From the NCBI GenBank assembly GCA_009914755.4, contig CP068257.2, positions 40,192,001 through 40,256,000 on the forward strand: a stretch of DNA of 64,000 nt, read 5' to 3'. Below, one piece after another: positions 47,935 to 63,189 of this stretch; position 1 is the first letter of the stretch, and every line of letters begins with the position of its first letter. The position numbers and the translations under genes were made by a program. The notes beneath the pieces are model-generated. The model was not told where the DNA came from and searched no databases. It saw nothing but the letters and a program-made list of their open reading frames with translations. The stretch comes from the human T2T-CHM13v2.0 reference genome, Homo sapiens.

Positions 47935-48017
47935 AGTCTCTGAACTGTACACTTAAAATTGTTGAGTCTTACTGAATGTAAACTATATGTCATCAGTGCT
48001 GGTTTTTAAAATACAGG

Positions 48018-48328
48018 GGCCAGTGAGGTGGCTCATGCCTGTAATCCCAGCACTTTGGGAGGTTGAGGCAGGTGAATCACTTCAAGTCAGGAGTTCAACA
48101 CCAGCCTGGCCAACATGGCAAAACCCCATCTCTACTAAAAATAAAAAAATTAGCTGGGCATGATGGTACATGCCTGTAATCCCAGCTACTGGGGAGGCTG
48201 AGGCAAGAGAATTGCTTGAACCGGGAGGTAGAGGTTGCAGTGAGCTGAGATTGGGCCACCACATTCCAGCCTGGGTGACACAGCAAGACTCTGTCTCAAA
48301 AAAATAAAATGAAATTAAAATAAAAAAT
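48018..48328 (+). mobile_element. Alu SINE
   Basis: Alu consensus with A-rich tail. Confidence 0.9.
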
Positions 48329-48837
48329 ACTAGAAAATGCGAATCAAATGGCAACAGCAGTTGAGTTAGAACAGTGATGCTATATGCGACTGAACAGTTT
48401 CCCCAATGTTATAAAATGTGTTTGTATTTTACTCTTTTCACCAGAAAGGTGATTTTGAAAATTTTCTCGTTGGAACCCATGTGTGTTTGAGAAGGTGAGT
48501 GAGAAATGGGACTCTGGCTCTGATTTCCATTCGTCCACGATCTTGTGGGATTCTTCAAGCAGCGGATTCTCAGAGCGAGTCTAAAAGGGAACAGAAGCTG
48601 GTGGGGACGGGATGTCCCATAACAACGCCCTGCTGGCATGGTGCCCCCCCACACTTTCCTCCTGGTGCCCCCCCACACTCTCCTCCTGGTGCCCCCCCCA
48701 CACTCTCCTCCTGGGCCTCATGCTCTCTCCCATGAAGATCCAGGATGTTTCTTCGGCTGCCCCCTCCATCTGTCAGCAGGTTCAGGTTCTTGTAAAGAAA
48801 GAAAATCAATCTTAATGTGAGCTCAAGAACAAGTTAA

Positions 48838-49135
48838 GGCCAGGCACAGTGCTTCACGCCTGGAATCCCAGCACTTCGGAAGGTGGGAGGATTGCCCGAA
48901 TCCATGAGTTCAAGACCAGCCTAGGCAACACAGTGAGACCCATCTCTACTAAAAATAAAAATTAAAAAAATTAGCTGGGTGTGGTGGCACATCCCTGTGG
49001 TCCCAGCTACTAGGGAGGCTGAGGTGGGAGGATCACTTGAGCCCACGAGGGCGGCTGCAGTGAGCCACGATCATGCCACTGCACTCCAGCCTGGGCAACA
49101 GTGCCAGACCCTATCTCAAAAAACTACAAAAAAAG
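48838..49135 (+). mobile_element. Alu SINE
   Basis: Alu consensus with A-rich tail. Confidence 0.9.
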
Positions 49136-52100
49136 AAAAAGATGGAACTAGAAAAGTAAAATCCACTACCAGAAAAAAATAATAAGTTACTTTTAAAGAG
49201 ATGTGTTACTGCTCCTTCAGTACAAAACCAAAGTTTTCTCTGTATTTAGAAGACGGCGCCACTGATCTGCAAAACTGACTGATTTCTACACGAAGATGCA
49301 TGTTTGGAGCAAATCAAAGAGACAGAATTAAGTCACTGAGTCTTAGGATCTCTCACGCTCACCAGGAAAGACTCGGCCACCACAATAAGTAATTTACAGG
49401 AAGACGGTTCCTGGGTTCGTCGGCTGCCAATACGGTTCTAGGAGCACACCAATGGCCCCGGAGGCCACTCACATCACTCTGCCTACTCCCACTGGGCCAG
49501 AGGTACAACAATGCCACAAAAGGCCTCCTTTTCTCCCACCATGCAGCAGCGTTCTCTCTGGGAGTGTCCACCCCAGAGGGCACGTCACTGAGCAGGAGTG
49601 GAATTACGCAGTTACCCTAGAACTCCAGTCCTTCACGTATCCAGTCTGAACAGTGAGAACTGGGCAAGCGGCCAGCTTTCTGGATGTTTCTAGCCTCTCT
49701 TCGAAGGTCTTGTTATCTATCGAGATACTCATTTCTGAGACGCAGGCAGCGTTGGGCTCCAGTGCATAGCTTCAGCTGGGTGAGGTGCTCGACACACACT
49801 CAGACTCTGGTGGGCCCTGGGTGCATTGGGCGGGCAGGGCTCTAGAAGCGCCACTGTGCCTCGAGAGGGACCCCTGGCAGGGTCAGGGAGGAGGGGCTCA
49901 GGGGAAGGAGCCAGATAGGTGGCAGAGGGTGAGAGGCAGTGTGTGTGTGGCGGGGGCGCTGACGCAGCTGCAGAGGGTGACAGGCAGCGTGTGTGTGAGG
50001 AGCAGGTGTTGACGCGGCTGCTGGCTTGCCATTTGAACAATCAGCAGGTGGACCCCAGGGAAAGTTCCCCAGGGCAGCCGGCAGCACTTCAAGGGCCAAG
50101 CCAGAGCTCAACAGGGGGCTCTCTCGGGAAGGAAAGGGAAGGAAGGACCCAACCAGCCAGTGAGTGGAATCGCCATGTTCACTACCTCTCCAGAAATAAC
50201 TGCTTGCCATTTGTCCCCAAACACAAGTGACCATCCTAAAAAGCATTTCTGAAATCTAAGAGTAACTAAGTTGTTTATTTATTTCCCCAATTAAAAACCT
50301 TGTTTAGGTTTAAGCTATGCTCAGGTGACCATACGTTCCCATTTACACAGACTGTCCTGGTAGAATTATTACAAGTGTCCTTTTATTCTGAGAGGTTTTA
50401 GGGAGGAATGGGAATTACCCTAGGATCTCCGAAATCAGAGGCGACTCTGTTCGACACCACAGTCCCAGGCTGACTTCATTTAAATCTACTGTTTCAAACT
50501 CAGCTCCAGATTGAAGGGTCTCCAGCAGGTAAAATGAATACGAAACACCTGTAGCTCCAATAAGGCGTGGCAACCTTTGCTTTGACCTTAGCCTTGAGGG
50601 TGGTGAGGGCATCCCCCAGGATACAAGCTGACAAGGGGGTAAACGGCCAAGGCCGGCATCTCAGAACCCAAACCCCGGCGTGGCTGCAGTCTGGGCTGGC
50701 CGTGGGCACACGTGCTGCCAGCTGCCTAGGCCTTCAGGAATTCCAGACACAAGGAGCCCAGGTCCCGAAGATCACAGTTACTTGGGCTCTGCTCAGAGAG
50801 CCCAGCCTCGCAGGACTTGGAAATGGCCCCTGACCCAGCAGGCACCACCACAGGGGCCTCCCTTGTGCTGGGCCAGGCCAGGCACCTGGTTTTGGCAAAG
50901 CCACGAGGGTGGGGCTAGGAGCAGCTGGGTGAAGAGCAGTGGGTTTCTCCAAGTTCTTTTTGTCCTTTTCATTCTTAAACATCTCCCCACAAAGCCACAG
51001 TCTTTCTCTGCGAAGGGTGCGAAGCCCCCAGTACACTCAGCTCACTTTACCAACCTGGCCGAAGAGGACGCCGCCACCGCTGCAGGCCCCAGAGGGAGCC
51101 GCCTGGCTCCTCACCAACCCTCCCCAGCAGCATCCCCAGCGGCCCCTCTCCACCCAGCCCTCACATGGCCCATAGTGGGTTCAATAGTGGCTCCCCAAAA
51201 TTCACATCCACCTACCACCTTTGGGAGAGGATGTGTGCAGATGTCATCAAGTTAAGGTGAGGTCATGCTGGACTGGGGAGGCCTGAATCCAATGACGGGT
51301 GGTCTTATGAAGAGATGACACAGAGACATGGGAGAGAAGACAGGCAGAGACTGGAGTAACACAGCCATAAGCCAAGGGACACAAAAGGCTACTGTGCCAG
51401 CCACCACCAGAGGTTGGGGAGAGTCCCGGGACAGATTCTCCCTCAGGGTGCCCAGAAGGGACCAGCCCTGCTGACACCCTGACCGTGGGCGTGTGGCCTC
51501 CAGCACTGCGGGAGGCACATTTCTGACGTGAAGGCACTGGGTTGCTGGTGTTTTATGGGGGCAGCGCAGCGCCGGGACACTCCCACACAGCCCATTGTGG
51601 ACCTGGGATTAGGGACAACCAGGGGCATTTTACAAAGCCTCAATCATACTGACAAACAGGACAGACCAGAACCTTCCAATATGTTAAGAATCTTAAGCTA
51701 CCGAGCTACTAATATTTTGGATTACACTGCATTTATAAAACAAGGAAACAATGCTCGTATGAGAATCAGGTCATTTGGGAGGGGGGTCAGGAGAGTCAAT
51801 ATCTATTTCGCCCCCTTGAGCAAAGAATCTTCATGGCAACATTAAATAACATTTGCTCCCCTGGGTAGTGTCAGCTTCGGCAATATGAAATTGCTGTTTT
51901 GCAGGTCAAAAGACATCAAATACCAGGAATTTCATAGAGTTTCTTCAGGTTTTATGAGGAGGATCTATGTCAAAAAGACCCATAACATGGATGAGAAAGA
52001 TTTAAAATTCAGCAGCCCCGCTTGATGGGCAAAGTGATGCCCTGACCCCGGCTTAGCAGGACAGGCACTGTGACCCGCTTTTTCAGCAGGAATGCTAGAT

Positions 52101-52952
52101 TTGGGCAGATCACGCACATAACCTTCACTAGGGCTTTCTTTGAACACGCATGCACACACACACAGGTATGCACACGCGCGCACACACACACTGCCCCCAA
52201 ATCTGGGAGGAGGCCATTGCACGGTGAGCAGCAACACTGGAGCCGGGTGCCATGGACCAATCCTGATTTCTTCATCTACTCCACTGTGACCTGGGGTCAG
52301 TTCCTTAACCTCTCTGTGCTGTTTCCTCCGTCCAAAGACAGGGCTAGTACCCCAGCCTCATAGGATTAGGAGGATGGGTCACTCACTGCACGTAGCCCCC
52401 AGGGCAGAGCTAAGCAGTCATGCGCCATGTGACAAGGTTTCAGTCAAAGACAGTGGTCCCATGAGATTCTAATACAGTATTTTTCCTCTATTACTTTGTC
52501 TATGTTTACATAGACAAATACTGACCATGTGTTACAGTTGCCCACAGCATGCAGTACAGTCACATGCTGGACAGGCTGGTAGCTAGAACAGGCTACACCA
52601 TACAGCCTGGGTGTGTAGCAGGCCAGGCCATCAAGGTGCGCGAGAGTGCGCTCTACCATGCACTCATGACAATGCCATCGCCCCAGGACACATTTCTGAG
52701 AATGTATCTCTGTTGTTAAACACTGCCTCACTGTGTTAACTTGTGTTACATCCACGTGCCCAAACTGACCAAGGATGTTTAAAACAAGCAGAAAGACAGA
52801 CCCGACTCTCCACTCCTCCACTCTCCGCATCCCAGCAGCTGGCCCAGCCCAACCCATCTCATCAGTGTGGGGTCAGCACAGAGCCAAGGGACCATAACCC
52901 CTTCGGCGAGGCACAAGGGAAGGTGGGCTCTGGATCGGGGGCCGCCACATAC

Positions 52953-53205
52953 CGTGGACGCCAGAGCCGGCCTGCTTCAGCATGGGCTTGTCCATCTTCT
53001 TGGCATAGAAGGCCGCATACCACACGCGCAGCTCGGTACCCGGGGGGATGTCTCTGGAGGTGGTGAAGTACACGTCGCTGCCGTGCTGGTAGGCCGTCAG
53101 GTTCTGGTGCTCGGCCTCCGCCGCTGGCCGCACCAGCATCATCCAGTTGCAGTCATCCTCGTTGGAGGTGTCGAAGCACACGGGGTGCCCGTCCTTCTGG
53201 AACAC
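52953..53205 (-). CDS. PRDM15: PRDM15 coding exon, 253 nt, C-terminal half of the PR/SET domain ([84 protein letters not shown])
   Basis: Matches ORF 52873..53256. The PR-domain signature (NWMM.VRPA...EQNL.AYQ...ELxVWY) is paralogous to PRDM10. Acceptor ccttcag|GTGTTCCAG and donor GTCCACG|gtatgtgg. Confidence 0.9.
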
Positions 53206-54264
53206 CTGAAGGTGAGTCGGCCCATGGAGAAGCCGGGGAAATGGCTGATTACCCATCTGTGTATCAGCGTGTGGGGGGCAGGTGCTGAGGAACCCATCTA
53301 GACAGTGCCACGTCAGAGGCCATAAGGGCTCCTGTACGGGATGTTGAGGTGTTTACAATAGTGAGGAGGGTCACAGGTAGACCATGTGGTTTGGACGGGT
53401 CAGGTTAGTCACAGGCAAAAGGAAGCAGCAGACACAGCCAGCGGTCTATGTGTCATTGGGATACCTGAGTGTTACTCACGGCCCAGGTGCGGAACTCAAG
53501 TTCTAATCAGGTTCTAGTGGGCATGGGGACACCAAAGTTCTAGTCCTGGTCCAGGTGGGCTTTGAGCTACCTGAGCTTCACTCCCAGTCCACGTGTCACG
53601 GGGACACCTAAGGCTCTCCAGATGGCCCACTGGGAACTGGGACACAGTTCTACTCCCAGCTCCGCCACAGGGTGCTGGGCTCCTCAGGCTTTATGAGCTG
53701 CCTCCCCATCTATCAAACAGCACTATTGCTTTATGGATTAAATGCAGGCAGGCAGCAGGGAGAAAAACTTACGTATTTTGAAGTTCAAATCAACCACATG
53801 ACTATAGGAGGGTTTTGTTCCTTATTTTCTGATGTCATGGTCTCTTCCTCCCTGCAGGAAGAGAGCTCTCCCCTCTCCTAAGCTTCTCCTAGAGAGGCCT
53901 CTCCAAAGACGGAGCCCTTGGAAGTGAGAGGCAGGGGTGGGGGACCACCAGGCACCTAATGACCACCAGCTGCTGAGGAAGGTGTGCTCCCAGCTGGCGG
54001 CACGCTCTCTCTGGTGGGCACAGAGGAGCTGAACGCTGGTGCATGCACTGAGAACAACCCAGTACCAGGCGATGACCTTCAGAATCGCGTAGCTGAAGGA
54101 CCACCAAAATGGGCACAAAAGACTTCTTTAAAGGGGCCTCGCCCCCAACCGTGCACCCACACCAACTGTGTACATCGACCGGATGGGTGCTGCAAAGGAC
54201 AGGCAGGTAGCCAACGGCCTTTCTGAGGCTGTTTTAAGCATTGTTACATATTTCTTCAACTTAA

Positions 54265-54535
54265 AACAGCCTTTTCTTTCCTTCCTTCCTTCCTTTCCTT
54301 CCCTCCCTCCCTCCCCTCCCTTCCTTCCTTTCCTTCCTTCCCTCCCTCCCCTCCCTCCCTTCCTTTCCTTCCTTCCCTCCCTCCCCTCCCTCCCTTCCTT
54401 CCCTCCCTCCCCTCCCTCCCTTCCTTTCCTTCCTTCCCTCCCTCCCCTCCCTTCCTTCCCTTCCTTCCTTCCCTCCCTCCCCTCCCTTCCTTCCTTCCTT
54501 CCCTCCTTCCCCTCCCTCCCTTCCTTCCTTCTTTC
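54265..54535. repeat. Polypyrimidine (CCTT/CCCT)n tract, ~270 bp
   Basis: ccttccttccttcctttccttccctccctccctcccctccc... Source of the poly-Pro/Ser and Gly/Arg/Glu artefact ORFs. Confidence 0.95.
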
Positions 54536-55321
54536 TTTTGTAAACAAATCAAGTGCCTTTCCTTCTTCCCCCCTTTTTGCTGAAATCTGCCTTACAAGCT
54601 CAGCTTTCCAAAGGACTTCCAAAAACCCAAGCTTGTTGACTTCATCTGCCTGTCCTAAGACAAGCAGATCCATTTCAAGGGTCTCTAAGAAAAGTTTGCT
54701 GACTAACAACCCATTCCTCATTTGTTTATTTCACAGATATTTCTGAAGACTGGCTGGCTTGGGGTACGATACAGAGGGCAGGCATGGCAACAGTCAAAAA
54801 CCAGCCTCGCCTGGCCTCATAGCCTTCCAGAGGGCTCATTTTTTACTTATTCTAAAGCCTGCCTTGCAATTTACATACATCTTAGTTTTCTCGAGTTCAC
54901 ATCAAAGTAGAGAACCACTGTCTTCTCTCAGTCTGATGTGCTTTTTAGAACGGCCAAACTTCACACTATTGCCCAATGTCTCATCACTGCCTAAACAAAC
55001 ACCTTCCCTTTGAAAGAGGTTTGCAAACTACCATACGCTCTGCACAGGTGTGGAAATAACTAGAGCGATGGGCCCCTGCAAGACGCTGCCTCGTAAAGCC
55101 TGCGACAGCAATGGAGGTCGTAAGACAGCTGGAGTCAGCATTTGGGTTTCTCCTGCATATGTCTTAAACACACTCTTTAGTGTTCTGCAAAATTGAAAAT
55201 TACAAAATACTAACTTAATATCGATGCTCTTGCAATGTAAAAAGAAACATTTTCTTGGAAATTAAGCAGACCTACAATATTTGGAGCTGTTTTTGAGGCA
55301 TTTATAAATCATGGAAACTCA

Positions 55322-55579
<258 letters not shown>

Positions 55580-55700
55580 TCAAAAGAGAGCACTCACACC
55601 CAGGGACCGACTCGTTAAGATAACCTAAAAGCTCGCCCTCACTGACCGCCAGGGTTCTTCGGAAATAAAATTCTCCAGGTGATAAAATAGAAGCCTTCCA

Positions 55701-56003
55701 GGCCAGGCTTGGTGGCTCACGCCTGTAATCCCAGCATGCACTTTGGAAGGCCAAGGTGTGAAGACTGTATAAGCCCAGGAGTTTGAGACCAGCCTGGGCA
55801 ATATGGTGAAACCCTGTCTCTACAAAAAATACAAAATATTAGCTGGACATGGTGGCATGTGCCTGTAGTCCCAGCTACTCGGGAGGCTAAAGCAGTAGGA
55901 TGGCTGAACCTGGGAGTTTGAGGCTGCAGTGAGCCAAGACTGTGCCACTGCACTGTAGCCTGGATGACAGCACAGGACCCTGTCTCAAAGAAAAGAAAAA
56001 AAA
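55701..56003 (+). mobile_element. Alu SINE
   Basis: GGCCAGGCTTGGTGGCTCACGCCTGTAATCCCAGCA... lying 145 bp from the PR-domain exon at 55403-55556. Confidence 0.9.
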
Positions 56004-56499
56004 CAACAGAAGCCTTCCTAATAGGTGCTCAATGATGACTGAGACTGAGGTTGTGATGATGCCCTCGGGCTGTGGCAAACTACCCATAATCTTGTGGCCT
56101 TAGCTACACAAGGCCGACCACAGGGCCCTGGTGAGATTCACCCAGAGCACACCATGGCGGGGCTGTGCACTGAAGGATGGGTTTAATTCCCCGTGGGAAA
56201 GACAGTGCCAACAGGTGCATCCCTGGTGGGGCTGCTACGGGACAGAACAGGGTCAGACTGGTATGGGGTCCAGCGATGGAGGAGGGATCACAGGGAACTC
56301 GCTGCTGAGGAGCCATATGAAGAGCACCCCGAGAAAGACGCAAGGGCCATGGAAGTCCCAAACAGAAAGGGTTTCCAGCCAAGTGGAGCGGGCCAGTTTC
56401 ACTGAGGATGTGACCTCTTTAACTGAAGTAGAAGAATGTCAAGGACTGGGGTCTGGGGAGGAAGGCATAGGAGCCGGGACGAGCCCAGGACACGTCCAG

Positions 56500-56875
56500 G
56501 ACAGAGGCGGACATGGGGTCCCCAGAGCACAGGCCCCTCGGACAGAGGCGGACATTGGGTCCCCAGAGCACAGGCCCCTCCGACAGAGGCGGACATTGGG
56601 TGCCCAGAGCACAGGCCCCTCCGACAGAGGCGGACATTGGGTGCCCAGAGCACAGGCCTCTCCGACAGAGGCGGACATGGGGTGCCCAGAGCACAGGCCC
56701 CTCCGACAGAGGCGGACATTGGGTGCCCAGAGCACAGGCCCCTCCGACAGAGGCGGACATTGGGTGCCCAGAGTACAGGCCTCTCCGACAGAGGCGGACA
56801 TGGGGTGCCCAGAGCACAGGCCTCTCCGACAGAGGCGGACATGAGGTGCCCAGAGCACAGGCCCCTCAGGGCGGG
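56500..56875. repeat. Minisatellite, 41-bp unit (CGACAGAGGCGGACATTGGGTGCCCAGAGCACAGGCCCCTC) x9
   Basis: Visual periodicity. Source of artefact ORFs 56131..56969. Confidence 0.95.
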
Positions 56876-57256
56876 CAGGAGGCCGCTGAGACAAGGAGCC
56901 AGCACGGAGGGTCTGACTGCAGGACCAAGGGTTTCAGCTGAATTTTCATGGGCAACAGGCAGTCCCTGAGGGTTCTGGGGAAGAGGGGGGTTGATGGGAA
57001 GAGGGGGGTTGATCTACTGTCTACTTTAGGCCAAAACATTAATCTCTTTGAGTCACACTAAGAAAAAAAAATAAATGAACGGTGTTGTGGGGCAGTGGGG
57101 AGGCTCCTGGAAACAGTTCTGGAAAGACGGCGGCCACCTGTGCAGCGGCAGCACGTGCCAGGTACCATCACCCACAACACCACAACCACCCCACGGGAAC
57201 TGCCATCCTCTACAGAGGCCACCGAGGTCCGGAGAGGAGTGCCTTGTCCAAGCTCA

Positions 57257-57583
<327 letters not shown>

Positions 57584-57817
57584 CTAAGAACCCTGGAGTG
57601 GATCAAAGAAACTCACTCTGGAGCTTTGAAGCACGTGTTTTGGTGTGTCCCGGCAGCAACGCTGCTCAGTTCACAGTGGGAGCGGAATCGCTGGCTCTCA
57701 CTCAGAGTGCCTCTGTTCTCCCTCAGGCTCCTTCCTCCCCGTCTGCAGACCCAAAGGCCACTAGGCTCCTGCCGCAGCTGGCATATGGAAGGCCCGGGAG
57801 CTCACGGCGGTCACTCA

Positions 57818-57958
<141 letters not shown>

Positions 57959-58553
57959 CTAAAGAACACAAACCTGGGAAATGGGGACCCTGGCCCCATG
58001 AGGGTGACCCAGAGTCATGAGACACATGCATGCCGACACTGCAAAGACAAGCAAGGGAGGGTGCATTGGATGGCAGAAGGCCTGTGTCCCGAAGGCCTCT
58101 GTCAGCACTCGTGCACACATGAGGAGTGCAAAGGCAGGACACGCCCCCAGGGAAAGCTCTAGCTCCGCCGCACGCCTCAAATCAAGCACGGTCACCTCCA
58201 TGGTGACGAAGACCAAGACCCTCCCCAAAGAATGAGCATAAATGAAAATGGCCAATGTTAGCAGGTTCATCCCTCCTGCCTAGCCCTGGATTACTTTTCT
58301 GAATCAAGTGCTACCCCCTGCAAAGTGCCCTCGGCCAGGAGTTCTGAGAAAGGTGATCCTATTAAAACCATACCCCTGTAGTGTACTGCTTATTAAATAA
58401 ATGTTTCATAGGGAAATTTTAAATATATAGCTTTTCTATATTATAAAAACCAAATGTAGACGTGGCTTTGCCCAGACAGCAAGCGCCACGCCCATCTGTG
58501 TTCTATGACATAGGGCTGGTCTCGGACCTGGGACAGGTCCCTGGGTCACTTAC

Positions 58554-58599
58554 AGATGAACATGATCTCTTCGCTCCCATCTTCAGCCATCTCTGACAC
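58554..58599 (-). CDS. PRDM15: PRDM15 first coding exon of the short isoform, with ATG at 58588-58590 in a good Kozak context (GAGATGG). Reads (VSE)MAEDGSEEIMFI. An acceptor at 58599 permits an in-frame join from the upstream exon.
   Basis: ATGGCTGAAGATGGGAGCGAAGAGATCATGTTCATCT|gtaagtga. Acceptor tcctgacag|GTGTCAGAG. Confidence 0.8.
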
Positions 58600-58659
58600 C
58601 TGTCAGGATACAAGAGAGCCTCATTAATGACAAGCTCTTACCAAAATACTTTTGTTTTG

Positions 58660-58947
58660 TTTTTGAAATTGAGCTCCCTCTGTTGCCCAGGATAGATAGA
58701 GTACAGTGGCAGGATCTTGGCTCACTGCAACCTCTGCCTCCCAGGTTCAAGTGATTCTCCTGCCTCAGCCTCCTGAGTAGCTGGGACTACAGGTGTGAGC
58801 CACCACACCCAGCTAATTTTTGTATTTTTAGCAGAGACGGGGTTTCACCATGTTGGCCAGGCTGGTCTCGATCTCTTGACCTTGTGATCCGCCTGCCTCG
58901 GCCTCTGAAAGTGCTGGGATTACAGGTGTGAGCCACCGTGCCTGGCC
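58660..58947 (-). mobile_element. Alu SINE
   Basis: Reverse Alu consensus, about 60 bp upstream (in transcript sense) of the ATG exon. Confidence 0.9.
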
Positions 58948-58984
58948 TCTTACCAAAATAATGTTTAAAGACAATTCCTACTAA

Positions 58985-59540
<556 letters not shown>

Positions 59541-59789
59541 TGAGGTTCACCTCCAGAAACACTTGCATAGTGGGTAGATGAGCATAAACTGACACCCCCC
59601 ACACACATATATTCACAGGGTGGATCTAGACATTGTTCATTCTGGGGCCTCACATTCCTGGGCTGTAAAATGGAAATAAAAACACCCACCTCATGCAGTT
59701 TGGGAGGAGCATAAAGTGAGATACACACAGTATGTGCCACCAAATGATTATTCCTCCTCTGCCCCCCCGCAATCCCCAACTGTGCGCAC

Positions 59790-59978
59790 CGGCATGTCCT
59801 TCCTGCAACCTGCTTCTCTGATGCCCGTTGCTGAGTGGTTTAGGAAAGTGTGCATGCTGGCACTTCTTGAATGCTGATTCCACACGCCCTCCACCCCGCT
59901 CATCCCCAGCAGCTTGAAGGGTGAAAAGCAGACCGTGCAAAACTCATATGGAAACTCACAGTCACTGAACTTGTGTGT
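59790..59978 (-). CDS. PRDM15: PRDM15 upstream alternative coding exon, 189 nt, long-isoform N-terminal extension (THKFSDCEFPYEFCTVCFSPFKLLGMSGVEGVWNQHSRSASMHTFLNHSATGIREAGCRKDMP)
   Basis: Matches ORF 59748..60008. Acceptor ctctcag|ACACACAAG and donor ATGCCG|gtgcgcac. In frame (phase 0) with the acceptor at 58599. Confidence 0.6.
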
Positions 59979-61116
59979 CTGAGAGCAGTGCCGGGTTGAA
60001 AACTTCAAGTTAGGAGAGTGAGTTAGCTACAAGGAAGTGAGGCAGAGGAAAGAGAGTTCCAATTTGCCCTTAAAATGCCAGAAATAACAAGGGGAGGGGG
60101 GTGAAATTTTCTCCCAAAACAGCACTGTATCTTCTTTTCCTGGGAACACACATTCACGTTCAAAGGTATCTCGTGCGGCTCTAGCAAGTGTGACTCAGTT
60201 TCATAGCCGCATTCGGCCTTGCCTGCCCCAGTTCCTGTGGATGGGCACCTCGGCGCAAATAGGGACCAGTCTGGGATGGGGGCTCAGCTGGGCAGTGAGC
60301 AGGAGATGAACAGGACAAAGGGCAGAAGAAACCCAGAGTGGGGTGGGGAGGGCGCACGCTTTCATGAGTTGCTGCTGTGCTACTGGAGGTGTAGGACCTG
60401 CGTGCCCCCTGCAGGAACCCACGTGACTCACGGTCAGGAGCTTGGGCGATGGGAACGATAGGCCTTAAGAGGCGCCCCACACTGCGGTCAGATCACCGCA
60501 GAACACAGAGTCCCAACAAAGGTATTGGAATCGGAGTGGGAGGATGGAAGGAAGTCGTCCTGGCCTTGCTTACTTGGGAGCCTGCACGAATCCCCTGAGG
60601 CCTTGTGTGGCCGCCTCTCCCCGGGGCAGACCTTGCCTCTGGCCTACACCTCTCACAGACTGCCCACCCCTTCTAGGTGCCCCCAAAAAAGGTCCCCTCT
60701 GAGCGGAGCTGCTGGGAGAGGAAACCCAGAAGAGAGGGGCGAGGGAAGCTGGAGAGCAGGGTTTTAGCCCCCTGTGCTGCACTCTGATTCTATGTAAATG
60801 TCCGAGTCCTGGCAATAAGGGTCCCGATTAGCAGCATCTGGTCCCCAAAATGAGGCCTCTCTAAAACGGCTCCTCTGGGCCCAAGATCAGAGACCACAGC
60901 CACCCTGGGCTGCAGATCAGGCCTGATAAACGGAGCATCTTCAAAGTCTTTGCTGTCTTGGCAAAACTCCCTTTAACACTCAGAAAGTGCCTTCATAGAA
61001 GGGGAAGTGTGGTCTCCAGACCTCTAAGGCACACAAGACATCCCAGAACAAGGCACACAGGAAGTACTGTTTCAGGGAAAAGGAGAGGAAAAAAGAACTA
61101 GAAGTTCGAGATCCTG

Positions 61117-61457
<341 letters not shown>

Positions 61458-61965
61458 TTACCTTACATTAGTGATTTCAAAATGTGGTCCCTGGACCAGG
61501 AACCAGCAGTGCCAGCACTGCTTGGGAACATTTCAGAAATGCACATCCTTGCCTCCCACCCCCAGACCTGATGAATCAGGCTTGGCAGAGGGCCCTGCAC
61601 TCTGTTTGCAAAACCCTCCACGTGGTTCGGATGCAGCTCAAGTCTGAGAACCACTGCTCTGCCTGAAAAATCTCTTTACAATTTATATGACTACTACTAC
61701 AAAAACTAACTAAACACACCTGCCATCACAGTAAGACCACAGTAATAATATCAGGAAACCAAACTTATCAGAAATGTCAATTAAGCTCAGACCAGGACCA
61801 TCTGCATCTAACCTGGTGGTAAACGGGAAATGGGGGGTGACTTCAGGCAAATGGGGGGTGACTTCAGGTTCCTTACACGGAACGCTCCGTGAAGACACCT
61901 GTTAAAAACAACTTTGAAAAAGAAGGCTGAAGTGACAGACTCAGTCTACCTGACTTCAAACTTAA

Positions 61966-62490
<525 letters not shown>

Positions 62491-63189
62491 TAACTTCATA
62501 TCTTACTAGAAAATTAACTCAAAATGGATCACAGTCTTAAAACATAAAATATTAAATAATAATAGAACTTAGAAAAACAGAGAAAATCTTTGGGCTCTAG
62601 GGCAAGCCACAGTTTTTAGGCTTGTCACCAAAAACACAATCTATAAAAGGAAAATCATTTGCATCTTCATTCAGAAGGCAACAGGCAACCCAAAAACCAA
62701 CATGTCAAAAGTAAAAACATCTGGATGCTCCTGACAAAGTCTCTCTGCCCCCACCTCCTACATCTTAGGACGCAGTTGTCAGAGAGACCTGGAACCGCTG
62801 TGACCTCTCTCGCCTCCCTCTGACACCCGCCCATCACCCACTACCTGCAGCCCCCCTTACTACCTCCCTTGGCCACATCCCACTTTCTCCCACCTGTAAG
62901 GCTGCAAAGGGTCTCCAGATAACTCTTCCTCCTCTGCCTGGGCCGCCAACCCATTTTCCACACTGCAGAGCAGTTCTTCTAGAACATAAATCCAATCACA
63001 TCGCTTGCCAGCCTGAAGCTTCACTGGCTTCCCACTGTCCCAGGAACAAAACCCAAACTCCTGCACATGACCAGGCACTGCCTTTCTCAGCAGCCTTCTC
63101 ACCTCACCTCCCCACCCCCACCCTCTCCAGCCACGCTTCCCGGAACGCCAAGCTGGGTCCTGCCTCTGGGCCTTTGCACATGCTCGCCC

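Noticed and set aside
56131-56969. 237-aa (+) and 132-177 aa (+/-) ORFs with repeated peptide blocks
   Set aside because: Translation of the 41-bp minisatellite, so the periodic peptide repeats mirror the DNA repeat.
60180-60800. Moderately GC-rich region upstream of the alternative exon, considered as a promoter, CpG island or further 5' exons
   Set aside because: CpG density is not clearly island-like, and I cannot place further PRDM15 5' exons here with splice-consistent support. The true promoter or promoters likely lie beyond the window end.
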